A stretch of DNA of 64,000 bases from Macrostomum lignano. Taxonomy: Eukaryota. The notes under the pieces were generated by a model that was not told the DNA's origin, searched no databases, and saw only the letters and a program-made list of their open reading frames with translations. Location: the NCBI GenBank assembly GCA_002269645.1, contig NIVC01000186.1, positions 62,001 through 126,000 of the forward strand, written 5' to 3'. The translations under genes and the position numbers were made by a program. Below, piece by piece: positions 1-12,400 of the stretch (position 1 is the first letter of the stretch; each line of letters begins with the position of its first letter).

Positions 1-146
1 ACACTACCAATAGTAATATGTAATTCTTAAAAAACCTCTACCTCAATCCTAAACCCCTCAAATTTTACAAAAAGCCGCGACCCCTGGTCCGTGCGCAGCG
101 CCACATTCATTTGGGGCTTGTGAGCACGAAAACTGTCTTTAGAAAT

Positions 147-1402
147 TAGGGATTGCAATCCCGGGATCCCGGACACTTTTTGGCCTGACGGAATCCCGAG
201 ATTAGGGGCTCGGGATCCCGGGATTGGAAACTTTTTTTGATAAAGTGGGTGATATCCAGGAAATGTCAAAATGTTCGTATTGTAAATACATTACAAAAGT
301 AACATTCGCGCGTCGTGATCATGAGTCGTGATCGTGACGTGACTCTCAATTCTCGAATCGTGATACAATACAAATTATACAATACATACAATACATGCGA
401 GTCTCAAGCTTGTGTTGTGTTTGTGTATTTGACTACTTGCGTTACTTGTGTAACTTGTGAGGTTGTGTACCTTGTGTTATGTACATAAAAGCATTGAAAA
501 ATGACTGGGAGATAATTTTGCATGCATACATTACAAGCTCGTAAGTTACAAGTGTAGAAAATAACAAAACAAGAAAAGAGACCATTGTATATTAGATAAT
601 AGATACTCGGTAATGCTGTCAAGTCGAGAAATATAAAATGTATTACACACTATTACTGCTTTACACATTCGTGTTCTCGTTTTTTTAGTAAAATCAAATA
701 GAAAAGTTATTGCTTTTAAAAAAACGTTTAAAAAAAGCGGGTTTTTCTGGCATTCTATCGGCAAAATATTTAAAATGTCAATCCCGGGATTGGGTCCGGG
801 ATCCCGGGATTGAGTCATTGCTTCGTCCGGGATCCCGGGATTGAGTCATTAAGCTTCGTCCGGGATCCCGTGATTGAGTCATTAAGCTTCGTCCGGTATC
901 CCGGGATTGAGTCATTAAGCTTCGTCCGGGATCCCAGGATTGAGTCATTAAGCTTCGTCCGGGATCCCGGGATTGAGTCATTAAGCTTCGTCCGGGATCC
1001 CGGGATTGAGTCATTAAGCTTCGTCCGGGATCCCGGGATTGAGTCATTAAGCTTCGTCCGGGATCCCAGGATTGAATCATTAAGCTTCGTCCGGGATCCC
1101 GGGATTGAGTCATTAAGCTTCGTTCGGGATCCCGGGATTGAGTCATTAAGTTTCGTCCGGGATCCCGGGATTGAGTCATTACGCTTCGTCCGGGATCCCG
1201 GGATTGAGTCATTAAGCTTCGTTCGGGATCCCGGGATTGAGTCATTAAGCTTCGTTCGGGATCCCGGGATTGAGCCATTAAGCTTCGTCCGGGATCCCAT
1301 GATTGAGTCATTAAGCTTCGTCCGGGATCCCGGGATTGAGTCATTAAGCTTCGTCTAAGGCTGTTCTAAGGATCGTAGAACAGCCGGGATTTGCAATCCC
1401 TA
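147..1402. mobile_element. MITE-like non-autonomous DNA element with terminal inverted repeats
   Basis: Left end TAGGGATTGCAATCCCGG (147) and right end CCGGGATTTGCAATCCCTA (to 1402) are near-perfect inverted repeats, possibly including a TA target duplication. Internal GGGATCCCGGGATT motifs recur. No transposase ORF. Confidence 0.5.
798..1354. repeat. 33-bp minisatellite, about 17 copies, inside the MITE-like element
   Basis: Unit GGGATCCCGGGATTGAGTCATTAAGCTTCGTCC. Explains the repetitive ORFs 778-1344, 810-1358 and 815-1300. Confidence 0.95.
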
Positions 1403-1437
1403 GTCATCATGCAATTCACACTCAGGAGGGCCAACCC

Positions 1438-1575
1438 CCAAGGCACAGAGACTGTACATGGCCTGGCGATTAGAAAGCCAGGACTGCTGCTGTACACCCT
1501 GTGTGAGCGCGTGTACGAGTGCGTGCCTGCGTACTACAGTATTGGCGCGCTTGTCAGGAGTCAGCGGAATGGGCA
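1438..1575 (+). mobile_element. degenerate internal fragment of the SINE family seen at 13111 and 54361
   Basis: CCCAAGGCACAG..TGTACATG..GCTGTACACCCTGTGTGAG..GTGCCTGCGTAC..GCGCGCTTGT..GCGGAATGGGCAG is colinear with about 13251-13385. Confidence 0.45.
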
Positions 1576-2199
1576 GAATGGCTCAGCTCTGGATGAAGGC
1601 ATTATGCCAGAGTGCCCATAAATATTTTTAACCAGATGCTTATGAAGTACTAAGGGTTGTCTCGGGGTTGTCTCAAGGTGGTCCGGTAAGTCTTGAATCC
1701 CACCGCTGCCACCAATGTTGTACCTGTGCTTCTCCTGCTGTCTAGCACAGTGATTTGGGCTCTCCGTCTTCTCAATCGGAAGCCTTCTATTAGCTCTTAG
1801 TAGCGTAGGTAGTGCTGCCACCAGTTCCTTTAGGTCTCGGCCTCCGGTGAGGTGAGCTTCCCGTCGGAACGAAATAAACAAGTCAACGAACTCAGCACAG
1901 CGTACAGATTTGCAGATTAATGAACAAGGCGTCCTGGTCAGCAGATCTCGCCAGGCTCAGGGGGTGGCTGGGAAGGCAGTGTTAGCCTCCCTTAGGCTTG
2001 GGCGTCTACGAGCTAAGTCTAGTGCAGGTCAATTACAGATAGCTTAAATGGGCAACTGAATGAAGTCTAAAGTTTAACTAGACTAAAGAAGAACTACAAG
2101 AAGAAGAAAGCTCCTTGACTGAACCAAGGGTGAGGGGCACGTATTTATAGGCAGGGAATCCCCGCTGCACCAGTGTGCGCCGGACCTCGTGACTCTGTT

Positions 2200-2304
2200 C
2201 TATTTTTAGAACTGACGTCACCCTCTGCCTTAGAGAAGGCAGGGTCTGCGGGTAGAGTGCACAGGGCCGCATGACTCAGTATCTATTTTTAGAAACATGA
2301 GTCA
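2200..2304. promoter_or_regulatory. cluster of MEF2-type (CTATTTTTAG) and bZIP-type (CRE, AP-1) motifs
   Basis: CTATTTTTAG at 2200 and 2283; TGACGTCA at 2213; TGACTCA at 2272; TGAGTCA at 2298. Motif matches only, function untested. Confidence 0.45.
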
Positions 2305-2672
2305 CCTATTACCTTAGAGAAGGCAAGGGCCCCGAAGCACGCGATTCCTCCCGTAAACACGGCCAACGAGTGCAGTAAACATGTTTACTGCACTTTAGGA
2401 CTTCGAGAAAACAAGACTTGTGAGGTGACTTGCTCACATGACAAGGGAAACAGGCCACCAGCGTGACCTCAGGACAGGAACGAAACGCAGAGCAGGCCAC
2501 AGCGGAGAAGCTCGTGGCTGCAAGCAAGAGCGCAGAGAAGAGGGGGGGCGACAGAGAACAGGCAGAAAAAGGGGAGGGAGTCGGCCCAGAGGCAGACAGC
2601 AACCCAGGGCGAGGGCGAGGGAAGCTGCTGACAATAGTGCGACGCCTAACACCAAACTAGCGGATAACTACA

Positions 2673-2838
2673 CTTATCAACCAGAATTTCGTCACATTCC
2701 ACCAAATCAGATGCTTATCAACCAGAATTTCGTCACATTCCACCAAATCAGATGCTTATCAACCAGAATTTCGTCACATTTCACCAAACCAGATGCTTAT
2801 TAACCAGAATTTCGTCACATTCCACCAAATCAGATGCT
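2673..2838. repeat. 41-bp tandem repeat x4 spanning the bestrophin exon acceptor
   Basis: Unit CTTATCAACCAGAATTTCGTCACATTCCACCAAATCAGATG. The last copy supplies CAG|ATGCTG at 2833/2834. Confidence 0.9.
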
Positions 2839-5800
2839 GAAAAACCTGAACTCTGACCCGGTGGTGCGGCTAAACTTCACCAAGATGATCACCAATTCTG
2901 AAATCGGAGCATTCCAGCGCCTGGCCGACCAGTTTAAGGCTACGTACGGCCGTAGGTACGAGTGCGAGTACTGGGTGCCGCTGGTGTGGGCGTCGCGGCT
3001 TATCAAGAAGGCCTTCCTACACGGCTACATCCCGGATCCAAGGAGCATGATGTACTTGCTGGATGAGGTGAGCATTGGCTGCAAATCCTATAATTGCATC
3101 GAGTTCGACGTGGCCATTGCCAGGGGCGTCCCACCGGATGGACAGGGGGACATGTCCCCCCAGTAAAAGCTATGGGGGACATGCCAATGCTTTGTCCCCC
3201 CACCCCCACCCAACCTTGTGGCCCGTTATTGAAATCAATAATTTTGCTTCAGGGCGCCAAAATGACTGCCTGCAGCGCTAAAATGAGTGCCCGCGGCGCT
3301 ACAATGAGTGCCTGCGGCGCTACAATGAGTGCCTGCGGCGCTACAATGAGTGCCTGCGGCGCTACAATGAGTGCCTGCGGCGCTACAATGAGTGCCTGCG
3401 GCGCTAAAATGAGTGCCTGCGGCGCTACAATGAGTGCCTGCGGCGCTAAAATGAGTGCCTGCGGCGCTAAAATGAGTGCCTGCGGCGCTACAATGAGTGC
3501 CTGCGGTGCTAAAATGAGTGCCTGCGGCGCTACAATGAGTGCCTGCGGTGCTAAAATGAGTGCCTGCGGTGCTAAAATGAGTGCCTGCGGCGCTAAAATG
3601 AGTGCCTGCGGTGCTAAAATAAGTGCCTGCGGTGCTAAAATGAGTGCCTGCGGCGCCAAAACAAGAGTCAAAATGGGCGCTGACAACACAGATTCTGAAA
3701 ATAATGTACATGTATAATTCTTGGCTATGTCCCTCCCCCCACCATAAAATCCGTGGCGACATCCCTGGCCATTGCTGTGAAAAATGTACCATCTTGCATT
3801 CACAAAGTATCCAGGATGTAGATGACAAATCTACAAGCAAGTATTTTAAACATATTTATTATTGTACGCAAAAATTTCAGGTGGACAAAATGCGAAACCA
3901 GATGCACACTTTAGTGATTTACAATGACGTCATGATTCCGCTGGTTTACACGCAGGTAGGAAATTCAATTATATTTATCAATATCAGTTAGCTACGAGCC
4001 CGTAAATCCGCTGTGTCAATTTTCCACGCGTATATATTGTAGATGTCTATCCTGTGCTATTTTTAGAACGATTTTTCTACATGAGTCATCGAAGAGCTAT
4101 TTTTAGATCTGGAAGACGCTTGTCTATGGGATTATAAGTACATACATGTCTATGCTGAGCTATTTTTAGAACGGTCCGTCGACACGAGTCATCAAAGAGA
4201 CACAGTAAAAAGACACAGTAAAAAATCAAGATTAATGAAGCAAGTTAAAAAATAAAGTAACAAAATTATATACAGGAAAACACTAGACTGGAATGTGTCT
4301 AGAAAGACCTGTAAATCATGGTTTTTCAGTGAAAAATTTCTATTCGAAACCCTTCTTAGATAAAGTTGGTAATTAATCAGCCTCAAAAAAACAAATTCAA
4401 GACGTTTTTATGATGTTGTTTTGAAACTCGTATGCCTCGCCTCGTCTGGGTGCTTCATGTTTTTTTAATACTCATAAACAACTTAATTTTTCTTTAGTTC
4501 GTCCTTTTTTGCTAAAAAATGCTCCACTGGGGGATTAGAGAGTTTTCAGTTCAGATTCCCAATAGCTCAACTTCTGGACTTTCAATTTTCAAGTTACATT
4601 CATAAACATTGGGGAACTCGTGGAAAAAATAACTCGAATTTATTATTTCTATGGTTGTAAATACCACAGGCGTTGATCTTAGAGCATGTCTATGGTAGAA
4701 AATCCTGAAAGAGCGCTTGTAATTTGTCAATTTTGCTTGCCACTTGTCGCTTGTAACTTGCCCGACAAGTGCTTTGTGGAATGAGCCTTGCAAAAAGCTG
4801 ATATATAGGTGTTTACTAAGCAGATCGCAACAGACTACACAGACTAAACTATGTTGCGCATTTCAGGTTGTGATCATTGCGGTCTACTCCTACTTTCTTC
4901 TGCAACTGTTCTCCGCACAGTTTATCCGAGCACCGCTCACTGAAGAGACCGCCATGGGAGCCGTGAATCGCAGCTGCGGCTGTTCTAAGCCGGACTCCAC
5001 AATCGACTTTTTCGTGCCAATTTTCACCATCTTTCAGTTCCTGTTCCTCATGGGCTGGCTCAAGGTCGCCATGTGCGTCATGAACCCGTTTGGCGATGAC
5101 GATGAAGACTTTCAAACCTCGGAGATTCTGGACTACAACTTGGAGGTGAGTCGGTTTTGTTAAAATTTTATTGACTTTTTTTTAAATATTCAATGCAACT
5201 TGTTAGCATCGCGTTAGCATCGCGTTAGCATCGCGTTAGCATCGCGTTAGCATCGCGTTAGCATCGCGTTAGCATCGCGTTAGCATCGCGTTAGCATCGC
5301 GTTAGCATCGCGTTAGCATCGCGTTAGCATCGCGTTAGCATCGCGTTAGCATCGCGTTAGCATCGCGTTAGCATCGCGTTAGCATCGCGTTAGCATCGCG
5401 TTAGCATCGCGTTAGCATCGCGTTAGCATCGCGTTAGCATCGCGTTAGCATCGCGTTAGCATCGCGTTAGCATCGCGTTAGCATCGCGTTAGCATCGCGT
5501 TAGCATCGCGTTAGCATCGCGTTAGCATCGCGTTAGCATCGCGTTAGCATCGCGTTAGCATCGCGTTAGCATCGCGTTAGCATCGCGTTAGCATCGCGTT
5601 AGCATCGCGTTAGCATCGCGTTAGCATCGCGTTAGCATCGCGTTAGCATCGCGTTAGCATCGCGTTAGCATCGCGTTAGCATCGCGTTAGCATCGCGTTA
5701 GCATCGCGTTAGCATCGCGTTAGCATCGCGTTAGCATCGCGTTAGCATCGCGTTAGCATCGCGTTAGCATCGCGTTAGCATCGCGTTAGCATCGCGTTAG

Positions 5801-6466
5801 CATCGCGTTAGCATCGCGTTAGCATCGCGTTAGCATCGCGTTAGCATCGCGTTAGCATTGCGTTATCATGAATGAATAGCCCGAATATCACGCCAGATAT
5901 CCCGTCGCTCAGCCTCAGCCGATGAGATGATGTTCCCATTCGACTTCAAGCTGCCCGACATGAAGACCAAGCCGCAGCCGCAGGCCGAGGCGGACAACTT
6001 GCCCGAGTTTCTTGCCAGGATGAGCATCGAGATGGAGCGGACCCATCGAGAGCTGCTGGTTGAGATGTCGGAGCCAGTCGGCTTGACCAGAGTTGGAATC
6101 AGCGGTGGCGTGATTGGAGGCGGAGGCGGCGGCTGCTGCTGCTGGGGCGATGAAGGTCAGGACGAGTCCTTCATCCACAGCTATAGTCGCGACGTGGTCG
6201 CCATGGACATGGACAGCCGTCAGCCGCAGCTTGAGGTCGCCGATGGGCGAGTCAATCGATCCAAACGGACGCAGAAGCGGCGGCAGCGTCGATCCAAGAA
6301 CTGCTGTGGCGTCGGCGGTGGCGGCGCAGACGAGATCGGCAACGACGGGGACGATGGCGATGGATGCGGAGCTGCTGCGTTCGTTGCCAAAAACTGCCAC
6401 GCCAGCGTTGCAGCCGCTTCGTCTAGCGGCGTCAGCTGGGACCGGCAGGGCCCGGCTGTCGTGTGA
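2834..6466 (+). CDS. bestrophin family Ca2+-activated anion channel, 3' exons (5' exons not identified in window)
   Basis: Exons 2834-3067, 3881-3955, 4867-5145 and 5897-6466, all phase 0 with GT-AG introns. Family motifs YWVPLVWA, IPLVYTQVV.IAVYSYF, FFVPIFTIFQFLFLMGWLKVA and acidic Ca-clasp NPFGDDDEDF. Confidence 0.92.
3255..3660. repeat. 21-bp intronic minisatellite, about 19 copies
   Basis: Unit AATGAGTGCCTGCGGCGCTA(C/A), within bestrophin intron 3068-3880. Confidence 0.95.
4057..4190. promoter_or_regulatory. second MEF2/AP-1 motif cluster, in a bestrophin intron
   Basis: CTATTTTTAG at 4057, 4097 and 4160; TGAGTCA at 4082. Confidence 0.45.
5202..5866. repeat. 11-bp tandem repeat, about 60 copies
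   Basis: (TTAGCATCGCG)n fills most of bestrophin intron 5146-5896. Confidence 0.97.
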
Positions 6467-7074
6467 CTGAACTTGTCCGCAGTCCCGCATAGCGATCGTG
6501 ATGAAGCACCCTTTTTAGCATCGATTACATCAAACTTAAAGCACTACAGTTCTGAATTTTTTATACATGCAGTTCTCTATTCTTGTAATTAATGCATGTC
6601 ACAATGTCTGACACATTGATGGTGGCAGTTTAGGGTAGATCACACCAGCCTCAAGATTTCGAGCGTCAACCGGGAATAATATAACGAAATCGAACCAGGG
6701 CACTCGGACGGAGGGTTGGACGCCTTAATAATAACGCACTGTAGATTTCAACCATTACATCAAATAACCCCAATTTCTGAAGGAGTGAACGAGAAAAGTT
6801 CATTTTGATTTATAACCTAATAATTTTTACCTATTGTCTCTGCGCCTTATGCAAAAACATGCGAGTTGGATAAATAGATAGAAGTAATTAGATTTTATTT
6901 CATTATCCCAAAACTATATGCCGCAGTACTGTGCTATGTCATGATTTATTGCTTCATTTTTCATTCAAGCTTTCACTCTTACGAGCGTACATCCCGAATC
7001 CGACTAAAAACCCGTTTAACATTAAATCGGTTTCCACCCTCATCAAGCAAAACTTCAGAGATTCACTCGTTGAC

Positions 7075-8066
7075 CTCATCAAGCGACACTTCAGAGACCA
7101 AATAACTTCACTCATCAAGCGACACTACAGAGACCAAATAACTTCACTCATCAAGCGACACTACAGAGACCAAACAACTTCACTCATCAAGCGACACTAC
7201 AGAGACCAAATAACTTCACTCATCAAGCGACACTACAGAGACCAAACAACTTCACTCATCAAGCGACACTTCAGAAATCAAACAACTTCACTCCTCAAGC
7301 GACACTACAGAGACCAAATAACTTCACTCATCAAGCGACACTACAGAGACCAAACAACTTCACTCATCAAGCGACACTTCAGAAATCAAACAACTTCACT
7401 CCTCAAGCGACACTACAGAGACCAAATAACTTCACTCATCAAGCGACACTTCAGAGACCAAACAACTTCACTCATCAAGCGACACTTCAGAGACCAAACA
7501 ACTTCACTCATCAAGCGACACTTCAGAGACCAAACAACTTCACTCATCAAGCGACACTTCAGAGACCAAACAACTTCACTCATCAAGCGAAATTTCAGAG
7601 ACCAAATAAATTCACACATCAAGCGACACTTCAGAGACCAAACAACTTCACTCATTAAGCGAAATTTCAGAGACCAAACAACTTCACTCATCAAGCGACA
7701 CTTCAGAGACCAAACAACTTCACACATCAAGCGACACTTCAGAGACCAAACAACTTCACTCATCAAGCGACACTTCAGAGACCAAACAACTTCACTCATC
7801 AAGCGACACTTCAGAGACCAAACAACTTCACTCATCAAGCGACACTTCAGAGACCAAACAACTTCACACATCAAGCGACACTTCAGAGACCAAACAACTT
7901 CACACATCAAGCGACACTTCAGAGACCAAACAACTTCACTCATCAAGCGACACTTCAGAGACCAAACAACTTCACTCATCAAGCGACACTTCAGAGACCA
8001 AACAACTTCACTCATCAAGCGACACTTCAGAGACCAAACAACTTCACTCATCAAGCGACACTACAG
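7075..8066. repeat. 36-bp minisatellite, about 27 copies
   Basis: Unit CAGAGACCAAACAACTTCACTCATCAAGCGACACTT. One frame is stop-free, which produces ORF 6931-8154. Confidence 0.95.
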
Positions 8067-8900
8067 AGGCGTAGTTGCTACCTCAGTCGATCTACCAATT
8101 TACCAGGCAACGGAATGTTTCCTCTCATTGTATTCATTATATCTGCGCGTGTAAGTGCTCGTAGGGCCTGGAACCATCAATATTATTGAGGTTATAGTGG
8201 GTCATTTACGGAATGCAAACTGAGTAGGTTCAAATAGAGAAAAGTCCATAAAGAACTGCCTCCCCTCGGGGCTGTGCAGCCGGCTCTCTATTAATGAGCG
8301 TTGGAGATAAAACTGCCAACCAGCGGGATGTGTGAGTATGAGGGTCAGAAGGTCCCTTCACTGCTCAGCAAAATGCAATCTCCCAAAGTGAACTCAGCTG
8401 CGTTTGACGAAAAATGCACCATTTAATAGTCTGACAAGTCGCTGGGCTCCCTATCCGACTGGGAAAACCAGCCTCACGGCTGACTGCATCACGGTCGGAT
8501 CCACCCGCCATCGCACTAAAGCAGCCCATGCAGCTTCATCCATCGCAGATGCCTCGCCGGGCACTCCCGGAGCAGACATGTGAGCCTCAGCCTCAATAGT
8601 GATCGCGAAGCGAGTTTGAGAGTGACAGAAAAATAGTCTGGAAAGGCAGAGAGAGAAACGGGTGGCAGAACTGACAGCCAATGACTGCGCGAGACTCTTG
8701 AAATGGGAAAGTAGAAAAATCAAAAAGTGCTTCTGCATAACCGGCGGAAGCTGGCTGGAGCTGCTGCAGCTTGAAGCCCAGTTTGCAGATACGAGTGCAT
8801 CAGCTGGTGACGAACGCACAATCGAGCAGGGAATTGGTAAATGGCTCCCGCTTGGTTTGCTTCTCGATTGCCATTGTCTCCTTGACTGTTTGCCTATCTT

Positions 8901-9311
<411 letters not shown>

Positions 9312-9476
9312 TGGTGTATGTTTGTCTCTCTGTCTCTACAGAGCTGATGAAGCAGAAATCGGCTGAGTTGTAAACCAGAAATTATCGCAGAAAGTGACTT
9401 TCTCCATATTCCCTAGAGATTCGGTATGCACAAGTGCGGGGCCATCCGCTGTGACCTGCGCCCAATTCCAACACTC

Positions 9477-12400
9477 ATGTTTCTGCGCGCACTTAAATTT
9501 CTGCTTCTGCTGTCACCGTTGCTGCTACCGGGAGTCGCTGGAAGCGAAGTGTCGGATGCCACCGGCAGAGTTGCATGGAGGCCGCACGCGTGTAAGCGCT
9601 CGGCTGCCAAAGTTTTTGCTCTGGTTTTTGTTTGTCGCAGAAAGTCAAAGCTGGAAAGGATGGAGAGCCGCTAGCAAGTGAAAGGCTAATCAGAAATGGA
9701 AGCAACAGGTTTAGCTGTCCATCGAAAATCTTTTCAAAGCATAAACAAGGCAATAAATTATTGAGATTCTCAATGCACCAGCCGGCTGCTGCACTGCAAT
9801 TAGAAATTCATAAATTCAAGCAGAAACTGCAGCCCCAGCGTCGCTTCTGCTTTTAGGGAAATTGAAGGGGGGGCAGATCTTTTTATTTCACCCATCCGCA
9901 TCCCACGCCAGAGCGTCGCTTCCGCCCCTTCCCGCAGGGGGTCCGGCGGGCCCGGTGGGCCCACCAGCCGACACTATGGAGACTCTGCCGGCTGATGAAG
10001 AGAAAGCCAGAGAGGCCAGTGAGTGATTCAGCTGACTCGGACACGCTGAATGTACTTTTCTGTGTTAGCAGCTACTCGTGCTGTCTCAATCTGCAGAGCT
10101 GTTTGATGCTGAGCAGTGTGCCTGACTCTCCCAGTCTGCAGAGCTGTTTGATGCTGAGCAGTGTGCCTGACTCTCCCAGTCTGCAGAGCTGTTTGATGCT
10201 GAGCAGTGTGCCTGACTCTCGCAGTCTTCAGAGCTGTTTGATGCTGAGCAGTGTGCCTGACTCTCCCAGTCTGCAGGGCTGTTTGATGCTGAGCAGTGTG
10301 CCTGACTCTCCCAGTCTGCAGGGCTGTTTGATGCTGAGCAGTGTGCCTGACTCTCCCAGTCTGCAGGGCTGTTTGATGCTGAGCAGTGTGCCTGACTCTC
10401 GCAGTCTTCAGAGCTGTTTGATGCTGAGCAGTGTGCCTGACTCTCCCAGTCTGCAGGGCTGTTTGATGCTGAGCAGTGTGCCTGACTCTCCCAGTCTGCA
10501 GAGCTGTTTGATGCTGAGCAGTGTACCTGACTCTCCCAGTCTGCAGAGCTGTGTCGTCGCTGCCACCCGACGCTCACCTGCTGGCTGCGTCGAGCTCCGG
10601 ATTTCACCCGGCCCTGAACAGCTTCTGCCTCGCCTTCAACGTCACCTGCGTCTTTCTGGACGCACTGGAGGGCGAACGAGTCCCCGACGACTGGCTGCAC
10701 AACGCCATCCGCTTCTTCCCAGCACCAGAGCTGCGCAGCCAATCGGTTTACGAGTACATCACCTGGGCCATGTGGACCAATTTTGTAGTTCTCTACTGCG
10801 ACTTTCACAGTGAGACATTGTGCACTTTCTGTGTCAGCAATGCAGAGTTTAAGTTTCTCTCTCGCCTTCCAACTCCAGACCTGGAAAGCATCCACAGCGT
10901 GTTCAACTATCCTATGGGCCCCGTACTGTTTCGGCACCTCGACCTGGACGATGCTCACGGCACACAGAGCGTGCTGCGTCAACTGAAACTGTCCACAATC
11001 AACAATTTCATTCTGGACATGCCGCACAGCCAGATTCTCAAGTTTCTAAAGCTGGTACTTTCTCCTATTAGATTAGTAGTGTTTTTAGTTTTATCCACTA
11101 TTGAGTTAAAGAACGCGATGCAATCTTGCGACAATTTCAGGCTAGCGAAGCAAATTTGAAGGGGCTGGCTAGAAGCTTCCTTCTGATCCGGGAGGTGAGG
11201 GTACAGTGATGATTGACGCCTCGAGCATCTCAATATCGAAAGCAACTTTCATAGTTTGCGCGAATTCTCGCTTACTGTCTGTCCGTCAAATCTGTTCTCA
11301 ACGAGCTTTAATGCTTTTCTGTAGCCCTTTTTCAACGCATTTCCTCCTGCAGATTAACAGCACCTTCTTCAAGGAGCAGATGGCTAGCAGAGTCTGGGCC
11401 GGCATGAACTTCACCTCGCACCTGTTTGATGGAGTCGAATTTGTTGGAGACGAGCCTCGTCAGGTGAGCTAATGAGACGGACACTGCCTCAATTCCATCT
11501 AATCTTAGTTAAGTTTACACTTTTGAGTTCACTGTCAAGGACCACCAGAAGCTACTCTCGTGAATATTGCAAAATTTTGTTACGTGTAACGTGGTATTTA
11601 TCGATGCTTGCCTTCAAAAAAAGCATTCTATTTGACTGTTTTTAAAGAAACCTGCACTGGCTTTGTGCAACAGAAGCTTCAACTTAGGTGTATTTATAAT
11701 TTGTGTGTACGAGTATAAAAAGTATTTTAAAAAGTACATGATATGAAAATGCATTCATGATTATTTAATCGACTGCTTTACCACCTGAGCGTCCGCACAA
11801 CGAATCATCAGGTTAATGCGGTAATACTTTGAGTCAATTGGAGCAAGCTAGCGTTTCGTTTTGAACGATTATTTCATATTTTTCATAATTAATTGCATTC
11901 GCATTCAAGTTATGCTACCTCTTTGTCAGTAGAGAGAAAGAGCATCGCGTCTTTTTATTTCGGCCTGGAACATTCCTACCGACAGAGGCGCAACAAGACT
12001 TCAGCGCTGGAGTTGCTGATGAATGCGGCGCACTCCTATTGGCTCAGCAGGTGGGCATCGGCGGGCGGAGCGCTTCGAGCTGGCTTCAAGAACCGGGCGG
12101 GCGCGTGGGAGCGGTGCGGCTCGCTAGGAGGCCGCGTTCACCCAGCCGCTGGGGAGTTTCGTCAACTGCTGGAGGCGAGTTGCAGCGCGTCTGTTTTGCA
12201 GTGTTGACCTTATAGAGGGTTGGCCTTACCCCCTATCAACGGTCATAGAGGGTTGACCTTACCCCATCAAGGGTCATAGAGGGTTGACCTTACCCCCTAT
12301 CAAGGGTCATAGAGGGTTGACCTTACCCCCTATCAAGGGTCATAGAGGGTTGACCTAATCGTTCGAGGGTAAAAAAAGGTTGCCTCTTCACGTCACCCGC

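Noticed and set aside
1561-2660. ORFs 1561-1881 (-) and 2463-2660 (+) as upstream bestrophin exons or a retroelement remnant
   Set aside because: No bestrophin N-terminal motifs or RT motifs were recognisable, and no phase-consistent splice model could be built.
5202-5866. Telomere-like array
   Set aside because: The unit TTAGCATCGCG lacks the G-run of TTAGGG-type repeats and lies within an intron.
6931-8154. 407-aa ORF with RDQTTSLIKRHF repeats
   Set aside because: It is a 36-bp minisatellite with one stop-free frame. The ORF begins at a GTG in AT-rich sequence and has no recognisable domain or splice context. Coding cannot be fully excluded.
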